In this document: positions 20,985 to 64,000 of the stretch, piece by piece
Layout of the letters: each line of letters opens with the position of its first letter
Numbering within the stretch: the first letter of the stretch is position 1
Program-made: the position numbers and the translations under genes
Notes under the pieces: model-generated
Database searches by the model: none
Told to the model about the DNA's origin: nothing
What the model saw: the letters and a program-made list of their open reading frames with translations, nothing else
From: the human T2T-CHM13v2.0 reference genome, Homo sapiens
NCBI RefSeq assembly: GCF_009914755.1
Contig: NC_060930.1
Strand: one strand, 5' to 3'
DNA length: 64,000 nt

Positions 20985-21167
20985 GTATATTTTAAGATAA
21001 AGTATGTAATTGAATTGTTTGTAACTCAAAGGATAAATGCTTGAGGATGGATACTCCATTCTGCATGATGTGTTGATTTCACATTGCGTGCCTATATCAA
21101 AACATCTCATGTACCCCATAAATATATACACTACTGTGTACCCACAAAAATTAAAAATTAAAAAAAG
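20985..21167 (+). mobile_element. L1MA-type 3' end, preceded by a truncated Alu at ~20775-20984
   Basis: AAAGGATAAATGCTTGAGG...CATGTACCCCATAAATATATAC...AAAAATTAAAAATTAAAAAA. Confidence 0.75.
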
Positions 21168-21597
21168 GTTATTGTGTTACATGAATTAATATATGTAAGG
21201 ACTTAGCACAGTGCCTAACATACACTATGTGCTCAATAAAACATGAGGTATGGTTATTTTTTGGATCACAATTTGTGTGACAATTTGACATAAGCTATAG
21301 ACCTTATCTCCGGAAAAATTCATATACGCAAACAGGTAATTTTTATATAAGATTAAGAGGAAGGAGCAGTTATAAACCCCTGAAGCACATGCCTGAATCC
21401 CTCAAGGCATCTTGGAACTAGGTGAATAATCCCTGATCTAGTTTCGTACCTCATTTTATGGCTGAGGAAACTAAAGCCTGGAGAAGATAAGTGACTTGCC
21501 TAAGTTGCATAGGAAGGTAAGGTAATGGAACAGAACCTAATTCTGGTACACTTTTCTCTGTAATACACAGATATTCTGTGCACTCCTATGAACGTAG

Positions 21598-29990
<8,393 letters not shown>

Positions 29991-31109
29991 ATGATTTTAG
30001 TAACTAAGAGAGGCATTGTAAAGTTAAAAAAAAAAAAGGAATTGAGTTGAGTCTGTTAGGGTTGAAAACTGGTGACTTAGTATGAAATTTCTTTTGTATG
30101 AAATTTTGAAACAGCTAAAGTTTGCTCTTGTACACTCTTTTTCCCTACTATATGTCTCTTACTCACCTCTGGAGGTCTCTCTTCTCATGCCCCCAGTTGC
30201 TCTGATTTTGCCCTCAGTGCTTTGCTACTGTACCCCCAACCTGCTCAGGTCTGCATGCTCAGTTTCCCTTACTCTTTTTTTTACCAGAATCCTCAAATCT
30301 TTAGGATATAAGATTTCAGCTAAGTCAAGAGGAAAAGTAGAGAACATATTTTGGAGCAGGAATGCCACCAAATAAATAACCAGATCTAATTCAGAATATG
30401 TCCTACTAGGTCTGCTCTCCTAAGCTACCCTTACTTTCACAGCTTCTGAATCCACAGATACTCCAAAAGTTCCCAGTTTGTTTTTGTTTTTCCAAAATGA
30501 TTTCTGTGGCATTGGGGACAGGACATGGGTGTGGGGAGCGTGGTATGTATCAGTCATTTGAAAGTTGAAGAGTTCTAATATGTAGAAAATCCGAGTAAGG
30601 AGGGAATACTAGTTAATCCAAGCTGACTGCTTCTGGTCATCTGTCTCGGTGCTTTCCTAGGCAATGCTGAAAACTTTATTTTTCCTTCTCAGATAAACCT
30701 GTTTTTCTTTTTCTTTCTTTTTTAAATCTTTCTTTAAACTTGGATGAAAGAAGGGGCTGCAGTTGAGGAACACATTTCATTTGAGAAAGTGTCTTCACAG
30801 CGGCTGATACGAAATTAGAGGCCTGGCAGTATATAGTAGTATGTGTATCCTTTTGCTGAGCCTCAGTAAATCCCCACACTGTCTTCCTTTCAGGCAGGCT
30901 CTGGCTGTTTAGTCCTCTGAGCCCAGGTGAGCTTCCTAGCGTCTTTAAGGAAGGTTTGCTGCAGTAATATTGGATACACATCTGTAGGTAGTGTCTTAGC
31001 TCTTCCTGGATGTCTGGGCTGGAGAGTTCAGGTAGTCTATCCTTTTTGTCAGCTGGACCCAGACCCTGAGCTACCTTTGGGGACTCTGTTTTTGAGACTA
31101 TTTATTCAT

Positions 31110-31490
31110 TAATTATTTAGGCAAACTTTATTGCCCATCTGCCATTGGTTGCCAAGCAGTAGGAACTCAAAGACAAATGAGACAAGGTTTCTCTTTAAGG
31201 ACCTAACTGCCAGTAGGTCTGTAAGCTGAAAGCCCAGTAATGCATTAAGAAGTATCTGCAGAGCTGGGGGGTTGGAGTGGGGAGTGGCACAGATGGGAAG
31301 AAAGGTGATGCCAGGCAGAGGGAGCCGCATGAACAATGATACTGAGAAGCAGCAGGGTGCATTTAGGAGATTGCCTATGGTTCTGTATCACTTGAATGTA
31401 GGGTTTGAGGGTGGAACACAGCTAGAAATGATATTGGAAAGACAGAAGCTAGATCATGGAGGCCTTTTGTACTATACCAAGACATCTAGA
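31110..31490 (-). mobile_element. L2-like remnant
   Basis: ATTCATT tail, CCAGGCAGAGGGAGCCGCATGAACAA...AGATCATGGAGGCCTT, typical of antisense L2. Confidence 0.55.
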
Positions 31491-31599
31491 TAGGGCTCAG
31501 CTTGTTCCCTGCTGCCTTCAGTTGCTACTGCCTTTGATCTGAGGCAACTGAAACATCTCCAAACCTCTACACCTGTGTTGACTTTTTTAAAAGTCAGGG

Positions 31600-36190
<4,591 letters not shown>

Positions 36191-36248
36191 CAAAAACTTC
36201 AGATCAATATTCATTGTGAACAAAGATTAATAAGTTCTTAATAAAAGA

Positions 36249-37930
<1,682 letters not shown>

Positions 37931-38245
37931 ACATTCAATGTGTGTTATGTTCAGGGACGGGCTGACTCATTATTGTTGATATGTGAGGTCTCCCTAAATT
38001 GAGCTAAGATTCACTGTAATCCCAATCAGTTTCAGCAGATTTTTTTAAAAACAGAAATAGGCAGGCTGATTTGAAAATCTGTATGGAAATGAAAAAGACC
38101 TAGAATGGTCAGAATAATCTGAACAAATGAACACAAAGGATTTTTTAATGCCTAAAATGAAGCTGCAGTATTAAAGACAGTGTGGTATTGGCATAAGTAT
38201 ATATAGGTCAGATGAACAAAATAGAAAGTTCAGACATGAGTCATA

Positions 38246-43427
<5,182 letters not shown>

Positions 43428-44210
43428 TGGCTTTTTATCATATGAAAGAGCAGTTTATCTTAGTGGTTCTCAGCCTTTTCTCCTTACTCCTGCCTATCAG
43501 AGGGATCCTTACTTCCATCCTTGACAGTGGCTCACTTCTACAAGAATTCTCAGCTGGGGTAGAAAGGTAACATCTTATCAGAATCTGTGCGGTTGGACAG
43601 GAGGAGACATGTAGTTGCAGTCTTCAAAACTCATTCTGCCTGTTAAAACATTCTTATCTTTCTAAGACTAGTAGTACTTCTGAAGTATGCCCTGCCCCAA
43701 TTTCTGAATTGATATGGCTTCCCTGGACCACTTAAGATTAGAGGAAGGGTTGCTAGGACAGTAGAAGGAAATAATTATAATATTTTATTTAAATACATAA
43801 GAGACTTGAAAAAGAATTTGCCCGTGCCTAGTGATTACAAATAATGTTGAGTTCTGTTTTCTGCTTTCGCTTCTGTCAGGACTACTGTCTCCTCAGAGTC
43901 CTTAGGGGCATGCACTGTCTTCCTTTACTTCCTTTTGTTGTTGTCTTATTAGGAAGTATTTAGATGAGTTTATTTCTCCTTCGTACCTCAGTCCTATTTC
44001 CTTGTAGATAGCCATTTGTTTAGGAAAAGGACTGAAGAACCATTTCTTTCCGGAAGAGAAATAATCACCTTCCCTCTGTGGCAAGTTGTTTTCAGAAGAA
44101 AAGAACCATTTATTGAAAACTTGTCTTTTTGGTTCAGAGAATAAAGTTAGTTCATACTCAGTAAATGTAGATTAAATTTTTTAAAGTGAATTAAAATCAG
44201 TAAAAGTATG

Positions 44211-45315
<1,105 letters not shown>

Positions 45316-45938
45316 CTAAGTATGTAAATAGATAATTGATAGAAATCTTAGAAAAATTTGTTACAAAATATTTGCTGTACAAAAGGTATGGAGTAGCGTA
45401 ATGAAAAGCCATACAGTCACCTCTCGACTTGAGAAATAAGCGTTATCCATACAGTTGAAGCTTCCTGTCGACCCCTCCCCTTACCCCACAGGTAAGCACT
45501 TTCCTAAATTTGTCATCATGCCAATGCATTCCTGTGTATCCCTTAATATCATACGGTATTGTTTTGCATGTTCACAAACTTCTAAAAATGATTTTTACTG
45601 TCATTTAAAATTTGTTAAAGAGCTGTTTTCATAGTACCTTCTTAAGTACTTTAGAAAAAAATTGCAAAGATAAACTTTTGCACGTCATGATTTTATGGTC
45701 CAAGGAAAAGCAAAAACACTAAAACATAGTTTAGTAAAAGGAAAAGATACATATAGTGAAAAAAGTTGGTAAATATATAGATATGTAACTCTAAACTGTT
45801 AGCATCTAATATATGTAAAGACTAAGTATAGTTAAGGTTGGTGGACAAAATACCATTCATGATTGGGGTGAAAATAGTGACTATGAGAGGCAGCAGCAGT
45901 GAATTACAGGAGTGAGATTAATTTAGACAGTTTTTCTT

Positions 45939-46144
45939 TTTTTTTTTTTACTTTTTTTTTATTATACTTTAAGTTTTAGGGTACATGTGCACATTGTGCA
46001 GGTTAGTTACATATGTATACATGTGCCATGCTGGTGCGCTGCACCCACTAACTCGTCATCTAGCATTACGTATATCTCCCAGTGCTATCCCTCCCCCCTC
46101 CCCCCACCCCACCACAGTCCCCAGAGTGTGATATTCCCCTTCCT
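45939..46144 (-). mobile_element. Heavily 5'-truncated young L1 (L1PA2-like 3' UTR end)
   Basis: Poly-T then ATTATACTTTAAGTTTTAGGGTACATGTGCACATTGTGCAGG...CACTAACTCGTCATCTAGC...GATATTCCCCTTCCTG. TSD GTTTTTCTT (45930-45938, 46145-46153). Confidence 0.9.
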
Positions 46145-47489
46145 GTTTTTCTTACAGGAGAGAGGGTTATGCTATGAGGAACTGGCCTTAAATTGATCCA
46201 GCCAAAAAGATGAGAGAAGGGAACTGGGAGTAGTTAGCCAGCAGGGCAGTTAGCTAAGAGATATGTGGGCCAGCATTCTGTTGGGTCATCATTTGGATTA
46301 GGAAGAATGGCCAAGACTAAGCCCCTTACCTTGAAGAGCTTAATTTAATTGAGCAGGGGTGGTTATATTATGCATTTGAGAATTAGAGAACATCCTAAGA
46401 CACTGTCATATGATTATGACCTAAACATGCATTACAGATTCCAGGAATGGAGAATAAAAGAGTGTAATGTGAGTTGCAGCAGTTAGGGGAAGAAGGCCTC
46501 AGGGAGAAGTCTCCAGTTCAGCCTTGCATGGCAGATAGTGGTGTGGAGGGAAAGGGAAATGGAGTGGCTGGCGAGAGCACAGCATCGAGGACTGGAGCAG
46601 TGAGAAATAGTGAGAGGACTGGCCTGTGTGAATATTTTATTTCAAGACCATTTGACCGATAGAGTTTCCTATGGTCTGGATTTTGCTGATTGCACACTTA
46701 CAGTGTAGTTCAGCAGTTTTCATCTGTCCTCAGTATTTCCTTCAAATTAGCAACTGGACCCAGTGGCTTGATGAGATTCAAGTTTAGTCTCTTTGGGAAG
46801 ACTACAGGTGACTGGTTGTTCTTTTTTCATATCAGTAAAGATATGTGTAGGGGTCTGGGATTTCATTTTACCCTACTTTAATAAGCTGATAATTAGCCTG
46901 TTACTGTTTCACATTCTTAACTTCATGTAGCTCCCTCTTCTGTTATTTCAAGTAGTGCTAAAAAAAAAAATAACAGCTTGCTTCCTGAGATACTAGGTCT
47001 CTGTTCCCCTCCCTTACTTTTATCTAGAACATCTCTTTTCTTCATTTCTCTCATCCCTATCTTGCTCATTTTTAATTCTTTTCTGTGTGGGGGTCCTTTC
47101 CTAGGAAGGAGCTTGGGAAGGTTAGTTTCATGAGTTTATAGGGCTAGACTGCTCCAGCTCCTTGGGGTCTCACTACAGATCCCTTGCAGTGGACAGAACC
47201 CTCTCCCAGTGTCAGTTACTGTTGTCAAATCAGTCCCCATTGCTTTTCATTTAATAGTTGTTGGTTATCTTGGGGTTCTTCAGTTCTCAGTTGTCAGATG
47301 CCCTTTTGCTTCCCTCCACTTTATTCTGGACAGCTGGATAGCACTTATGTCTTGTGGCTGTTGTTTTTTCCCCACCCACTTGTCTATGGGGATTTATGAA
47401 GATACTTCATATTCTATTTTGTTTTAAATGTTATTCATGGACTTTCTGTGTTGTTATCTAGTTGCTCTGTCTGGTGTTTGTTTGTTTTT

Positions 47490-48053
<564 letters not shown>

Positions 48054-48242
48054 CCCTCTGTCTGTTTTTATGCGAGGGTTCAGAAATACCGAAAGACTAC
48101 ATTGCCATTGCTACAGCTATTGCCCCAGAATCCTCATCGTAGGTTCTTTAGTAGGATGATGACACAATCATAAGTAGAATCATAGGTCTCACCTAACATC
48201 TTATATGGTGTAGAGATGGTGTGGTCTGAGTGCATTTGTTCT

Positions 48243-48338
48243 GGCTGGTCTGAGTGCAGTGTTTACAACTAATTGATCACAACCCCAGTTACAGTTTTCT
48301 GTGTTCCTTCACTCCCACTGCTTCACTTGACTAGCCTT
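48243..48338 (+). pseudogene. Y3 RNA (hY3/RNY3) retro-pseudogene
   Basis: GGCTGGTCTGAGTGCAGTGTTTACAACTAATTGATCACAACCCCAGTTACAG...CCCACTGCTTCACTTGACTAGCCTT matches hY3 with small indels. No Pol III upstream elements seen. Confidence 0.92.
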
Positions 48339-48450
48339 AACAAATGTTCTTTAATTTTTTCTTTTCTCTAGATTCAGAAGTGTTTTGGCTGTAATACCCA
48401 ATTAGCAGATTCCCATGGAAATAATAGCTTCTTATCATTACTCTTTTCAG

Positions 48451-48613
48451 GTTCACTAAGAATCTTTCCCCAGACAAAATCAACCTGAGCACCCTGAAAG
48501 GGGAGGGTCAGCTGACCAACCTGGAGCTGGATGAAGAGGTTCTACAGAATGTACTGGAGCTGCCCACCTGGTTAGCCATCACTCGGGTCTACTGCAACAG
48601 GGCCTCCATCCGG
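48451..48613 (+). CDS. BLTP3A: BLTP3A coding exon 2
   Basis: TTTTCAG|G. (R)FTKNLSPDKINLSTLKGEGQLTNLELDEEVLQNVLELPTWLAITRVYCNRASIR. CGG|GTGAGA. 163 nt. Confidence 0.97.
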
Positions 48614-48714
48614 GTGAGAATGAGGGTCAGAATGCTGCTGTTCTCTTTGGCCAGTAGGCCTGCTTTCTGGAGGGTCAGCTACCACAGCCCTGAGACTTTG
48701 CTTTCCTCTTTCAG

Positions 48715-48753
48715 ATCCAGTGGACAAAGTTGAAGACACACCCTATTTGCTTG
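48715..48753 (+). CDS. BLTP3A: BLTP3A coding exon 3
   Basis: CTTTCAG|. IQWTKLKTHPICL. TTG|GTAATG. 39 nt, after a 101-nt intron. Confidence 0.95.
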
Positions 48754-49051
48754 GTAATGACCTTTCTTGATTGCAAGTTATCAAATGGGGATGGCCAGGG
48801 TAGGCTTTTAGAAGATAAGGGAGAAAATGATAGGCTAACCCTTTTAGGAATGGTGGGTGTCTCCTTATGTCCCTGTGAGCTTCTCTCTGAGACAGTGTGA
48901 CTGTTGTCTGGGCTTATTCTGGAACTGCTGTATGGTATAGGATTAGCACTGGGACACAAGACCCAGGACTTCTCAGTTGTTTTCTCGGTTTTAGTGTAAC
49001 AATTATGGCTGCCTAGGCTCTACCCTTAGACTTTTCTATCTTCCCTTGAAA

Positions 49052-49692
<641 letters not shown>

Positions 49693-50054
49693 TTATCGGT
49701 TGAGGGCCCTTCAGAAGCTGGTTGATGTGTATCTTTATCCCAAAAACTGGAATCCCCAGGAAAAATAATATTCCTACAACTTGGATTTGTGTTTTATCTT
49801 TTTGCTCTGAGCCCATCCCGTGCTTGTCATGAGGTTCTGCTGCTAATGGAAATGGAAGGGGGAAAATGAGGACTCTCCTTGCATTTTAGTTTGTTCATTC
49901 ATTCATTCACTCAGTAAATATTTATTGTCTGCCCACAATGGGTATAGCACTTGACTAGGCTCTGGAGCACGGAGATGAATGACACAGTCTGTGCTGTCAT
50001 TGTGCTGTGTGTGTATTTGTGTAAATGCTTAGTTCTCCTTGACTTCTGTTTCAG

Positions 50055-50146
50055 TGTCTGGATAAGGTAGAGGTGGAGATGAAGACATGTGAGGATCCTC
50101 GGCCCCCCAATGGACAGTCTCCCATTGCCCTTGCTTCAGGACAGAG
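50055..50146 (+). CDS. BLTP3A: BLTP3A coding exon 4
   Basis: TTTCAG|. CLDKVEVEMKTCEDPRPPNGQSPIALASGQ(S). AG|GTTAGT. 92 nt. Confidence 0.96.
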
Positions 50147-50336
50147 GTTAGTTTCTTTGAACCCTGTTATTTCCAACATATTAATTGCTCCAGATCCCCT
50201 TTTAGTTAAAAAATAAAAACTTTTTATTATGGACATTTTCAAACTTACACTAAAGTAAAGAAAATGGTATAAGAACCTCCATATACCCAAGATCTAATTT
50301 CAACAATTATCAACACTTTGTCATTCTTCTTCTTCT

Positions 50337-59550
<9,214 letters not shown>

Positions 59551-59887
59551 TCTTTATGTTTAATATCTATTTGCATTTATTTCTTCTGTGACCTGTCCAT
59601 ACTTGGTCCCACTTTTATCAGGCTCTTGCTCTATTTTCTCTCTGGTTTTTGAAGTTCTTTATACATTAGGGATATTAGTTCTTGGTGACATAAATTCCAA
59701 ATATATATTTTTTTTCAGTTTGAATTTTCAGACCTCCTTTTATCTCTTGTAATGAGCAGTGATTTCACCTACATGTCAAGAATTGCTGTTTTCTTCACAT
59801 CTAGAGGGACTTTGTTTCCTTCATTCCTCTCCTTTTGCCATTTCTGTCCTCTCACTGTAGAAGTATAGCTATATTCTTTGGGAAGCA

Positions 59888-60109
59888 CAGTTGATCCTTG
59901 AATAGCACAAGTTTGAGCTGCATGGGTCCATGCATATGCGGATTTTTTTCAACCAAATGCAGATCAAAATATTGCAGGGTGCCACCCACATAGATAGTTG
60001 ACTTTTCATATATGCAGGTCCCTCAGGGTTGGCTGTGGGATTTGAGCAGATTTTGGTATAGGAGATGGTACTGGGGGCTCCTGGAACTTCACATACCAAG
60101 GGATGACTG
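59888..60109. mobile_element. MER8-like (Tigger2-derived) MITE
   Basis: CAGTTGATCCTTGAATAGCAC...GCGGATTTTTTTCAACCAAA...CCAAGGGATGACTG followed by TA. Imperfect terminal inverted repeats. Confidence 0.75.
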
Positions 60110-60446
60110 TATTTGACAGGGTCAAGGTGGGACTGATTTTGAACCTCTTATTCACCTGACTGTACTACTTTTCTTACCACTACCTATGCAGAGTATGCTC
60201 CATCATTGAAGATTTTTTTTTTTTTGACACCAGGTCTTGCTGTTGTGTCTTTGAAGATTTTATAGAAACCCTATGTCTCTTTTCTGTAGTTATACTTCCC
60301 CTCACAGACATTATCTAAATATTTAGATAGTTTGTGGTTTATAAAAAGATTTATCAATTTATTCTTTCTAACAGGAGGGAGATTGTTTCAAGGTCTTCCT
60401 CTTTTATTCCATTCTTAAAAAAAAATTTCTCATTAAAGAAAGTACT

Positions 60447-60915
<469 letters not shown>

Positions 60916-61018
60916 AGACTACTGTATTATCATTATAAAATAATTTAAACATCTAATATGAAGACTGTGCAGAAAGTCTCCCATAATTCTGATTGTTGGT
61001 CTACCTCATTTGTTGTAG

Positions 61019-61208
61019 TGAATATGGCTTTGCCGAAAAGGTGGTGGAAGGGATGTTCATCATTGTCAATTCTATCACCATCAAGATTCACTCCAAGGCC
61101 TTCCACGCTTCTTTTGAATTGTGGCAGCTCCAGGGCTATAGTGTCAACCCCAACTGGCAGCAGAGTGACCTTCGCCTTACCCGCATCACTGACCCCTGCC
61201 GAGGAGAG
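61019..61208 (+). CDS. BLTP3A: BLTP3A coding exon 5
   Basis: TTGTAG|T. EYGFAEKVVEGMFIIVNSITIKIHSKAFHASFELWQLQGYSVNPNWQQSDLRLTRITDPCRGE. GAG|GTGACA. 190 nt. Confidence 0.96.
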
Positions 61209-61522
61209 GTGACAGCCCCATCATTGTGAAGGGAGAGAATGGGGGAATATTCAAAGTCAGACTGATTCTTAAAGGATATTATTCCCATTTTGTGGATTTC
61301 CTCAAATGTTCCCCATTCCTGGGAATCCAGAGGCCTTTCTGTCCAGTGTTACTGCTACATCCTTTCCTCAATTATGGATCCCCAATTCACTGCTTTTTCT
61401 TGGTGGGATCCCAACTGAGAGTGCTGGGAGTCTCTGCCTTGCCAGTCTTTTTTCCTTGGACTTCTTGCTTCTTGGTTAATTTCATTCACAGGATTAAGGG
61501 ATTGTACTTTCTCTCCTTCCAG

Positions 61523-61663
61523 GTTTTAACATTTAAGGAAATAACTTGGCAAACACTCCGAATTGAGGCAGATGCTACAGACAATGGTGATCAGGACCCA
61601 GTCACCACTCCATTGAGGCTTATTACGAACCAAGGCAGGATCCAAATAGCCCTCAAAAGAAGA
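61523..61663 (+). CDS. BLTP3A: BLTP3A coding exon 6
   Basis: CCTTCCAG|. VLTFKEITWQTLRIEADATDNGDQDPVTTPLRLITNQGRIQIALKRR. AGA|GTAAGT. 141 nt. Confidence 0.96.
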
Positions 61664-62095
61664 GTAAGTGTGTTCTCTGGCCTCATGAAAACTTCCATCT
61701 CTTATTCTATGAGACAGCCTGGATTTGGTATTCCCTTATTGTTTGGAATGTTATTGGCCCTGGAATGACAGTTGAAGGGGGAAGGCCTGTAAATCAGTGT
61801 TGCTCAACATCCTCTAGTAATAGAATGTTTCCACCTTCCTGTTTTCTTAGTTTTGGAAACTGCAATTTTTACTCGTATGTAGGGACACTGACATAGGCAC
61901 CTGGCAGTTGACTATTGCTTTTTTTTTAATTAAGGAAACTTTAGTAGTTTTATAAGAAATTGTCTCTCCAAAGTGCTTGATACTTTCACATATTGGAGAT
62001 TGAAAAGCCGCTTCTGAAACTGATTGGGCAACAGTCACTTTGAAAGTTGGAATGATACGAGGTGATAAACCCCATGTTGTCTGTGGCTTCCTCAG

Positions 62096-62266
62096 ACCAA
62101 AGATTGCAATGTGATATCCTCCAAGCTGATGTTCCTGTTGGATGACCTGCTCTGGGTGCTGACTGACTCACAGCTCAAGGCTATGATGAAGTATGCAGAG
62201 TCACTGAGTGAAGCCATGGAGAAGTCAGCCCATCAAAGAAAGAGCCTGGCCCCTGAACCTGTGCAG
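62096..62266 (+). CDS. BLTP3A: BLTP3A coding exon 7
   Basis: TTCCTCAG|. TKDCNVISSKLMFLLDDLLWVLTDSQLKAMMKYAESLSEAMEKSAHQRKSLAPEPVQ. CAG|GTTAGA. 171 nt. Confidence 0.96.
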
Positions 62267-62957
62267 GTTAGAGATAAAACAGACACCCTTAGTGGGGCTA
62301 GGGACTCAGTAGGCCAGACCTAACTCATACTAATGTAGGTGGAATCTAGACTTTATTTGGGAAATTTGTCATTTACTTCTGGGTATTCATAGGCTTTGCC
62401 TGCACCTCTGATTTTTTATTTATTCTGTTCATTGGGTACCTCCAGTGTATTAAGTATACAGTGCTGGCCACTGGAGAAGAAAAATGGAATACACCTCTTG
62501 TTCCTGTCCTTGGGGCTCTCACTGTCTTGAAAGATGGACCATAAATGAATTATTACAGTATGGTGTGATAAATGCTGTAATAGAATAAACAATATGCCAT
62601 GAGAGCACAAAGAAGAGGCATCTCACTACATAGGCTGAAAGAGAGCATTTAGGGAAGACGTCCTAGAGGAAATGTTTTAGCATCAGTCCACTAAGACCTG
62701 GTGGGCGAGAGCTGGGAGGGCAATTCAGAACTATGAACTGTATTCCAGCAGTTATTAGACTAATTATAATTAGGCTTTTGGAGTTTGGGTTATATAATTG
62801 AAACGGACCTAAGTGAGCTACTAGGCCAACAGTTGTGAGAGGGAAGGAACATCTTGCTAAACTGTGGTTTTCTTCAGGCTGGACCAAAGCTTAAAGAAAG
62901 CCTACAAAGGATCTTTTCAGGGTCTGGACTTCCTGTTTCTCTCTCTGTCACATGTAG

Positions 62958-63150
62958 ATCACTCCACCAGCTCCCAGTGCCCAGCAGTCCTGGGCCCAGG
63001 CATTTGGTGGCAGCCAGGGCAACAGCAACAGCAGCAGCAGCCGCCTCAGCCAGTACTTTGAGAAATTTGATGTGAAAGAGTCCTCCTACCATCTGCTCAT
63101 CTCCCGCCTGGACCTGCACATTTGTGATGATAGCCAGTCCCGAGAGCCAG
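62958..63150 (+). CDS. BLTP3A: BLTP3A coding exon 8 (gene continues beyond the window)
   Basis: ATGTAG|. ITPPAPSAQQSWAQAFGGSQGNSNSSSSRLSQYFEKFDVKESSYHLLISRLDLHICDDSQSREP. CAG|GTACCC. 193 nt. Exons 1-8 total 1033 nt and are stop-free. Confidence 0.95.
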
Positions 63151-63325
63151 GTACCCCATGAGGCCTGAGCCTGGGCTGGGTGGTCCACGTCACTGTCTAG
63201 CTCTGGGCAGAGCCTGGGGATGAAGGCTCTTTTCAGAAGACATTGTGGAGTACTTTGGTTGGCTTCCCTTAATCACAGGCATTCCTTGGGCCTCAGCCCT
63301 CCTGTGGTAGCCCTGTTGTTTGAGG

Positions 63326-63516
63326 CAGTGCTGTTCAGTCTTTAGGGTACAGTAGAACCACATGTCATACTTAATAAAATACAGATGTTGGGCCTCTCCC
63401 CAAACACCTCTAAATTAGAGTCTTCAGTGGTAGAGTTCAAGCAGTGTAAACTTTTTTTTCCCCTCACCAAAGTTCCTTAGGCAATCCTGATGCTTATCAG
63501 AGGTTGAAAACGACTA
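63326..63516. mobile_element. MER5A-like hAT MITE
   Basis: CAGTG...AAAATACAGATGTTGGGCC...CTGATGC...GTTGAAAACGACTAG pattern. Confidence 0.55.
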
Positions 63517-64000
63517 GGGTGAGATTTTAGGAAAGTAAATTCAACTATAGAAAACCTCAGAATTTGTAGATTTGGGTCAGTTTAAATATTTATTGTGTGT
63601 AAATGTTCTCTTCCCAAGCAAGGTTATGTTGTAATCTCGACATACTTAGAACAACTGCCATTATATATGTGTTTGTATTTATTCAGAATGAAAAAAACTA
63701 ATTGACTGATTGCTTTCCTTTATGAGCCCTGGGGAAACCACTTAATTTTCTGCTTAACCTGTTTGAGTTTCCACATTCGTGAAATTGAGTTAAATGATGT
63801 CTCACTCATTACCTCAAAAGTTGTTGTCAGGCTCAAATGAGCCAATAGGCTGAATTTGGAGGACCTTGATTATAGGCTAATATTAAGTTTTATTACCCTG
63901 CTGCTTGTTTCTTCAAAACTATCTTTGTGTTTCCTTTAAACTCTCCATTGCCATCAGTTCTTGGTTTTTGATGCTTATATATGATATTAAATAGACTTTT

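Noticed and set aside
61226-61768. 180-aa ORF spanning exon 6
   Set aside because: Exon 6 plus open intronic flanks with a non-ATG start. Retention of intron 5 hits a stop at 61227-29 in the exon-5 frame.
63020-63041. Poly-Gln ORF (62864..63061) from a CAA/CAG tract
   Set aside because: The spliced frame reads it as NSNSSSS. The tract is short and interrupted.

Overview
Hominid (most likely human, 6p21.31-like) genomic DNA, very Alu-rich. It contains the last coding exon and 3' UTR of SNRPC (U1-C; 239-~585, +). An ~18 kb repeat-dominated intergenic stretch follows: old L1M relics broken up by many Alus, and a full-length SVA inserted into the linker of an Alu. Next come a CpG-island promoter and the first 8 coding exons of BLTP3A/UHRF1BP1 (+; ATG 19066, 344 codons spliced in frame by hand, gene continues past the window). 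A Y3 RNA pseudogene lies just upstream of exon 2. Most notable observation: a strong-Kozak (GCG)12 poly-Ala uORF in the BLTP3A leader whose stop codon lies inside a consensus 5' splice site of the same phase as the canonical exon-1 donor. Donor choice could therefore switch between a repressive uORF and a poly-Ala-N-terminal BLTP3A isoform. Exons 2-4 also form a 294-nt symmetric, stop-free module flanked by inverted Alus, a candidate circRNA with an endless ORF. Nearly all ORFs in the supplied track are Alu/L1/SVA artefacts. Repeat boundaries and subfamily names are by-eye estimates from remembered consensus sequences.
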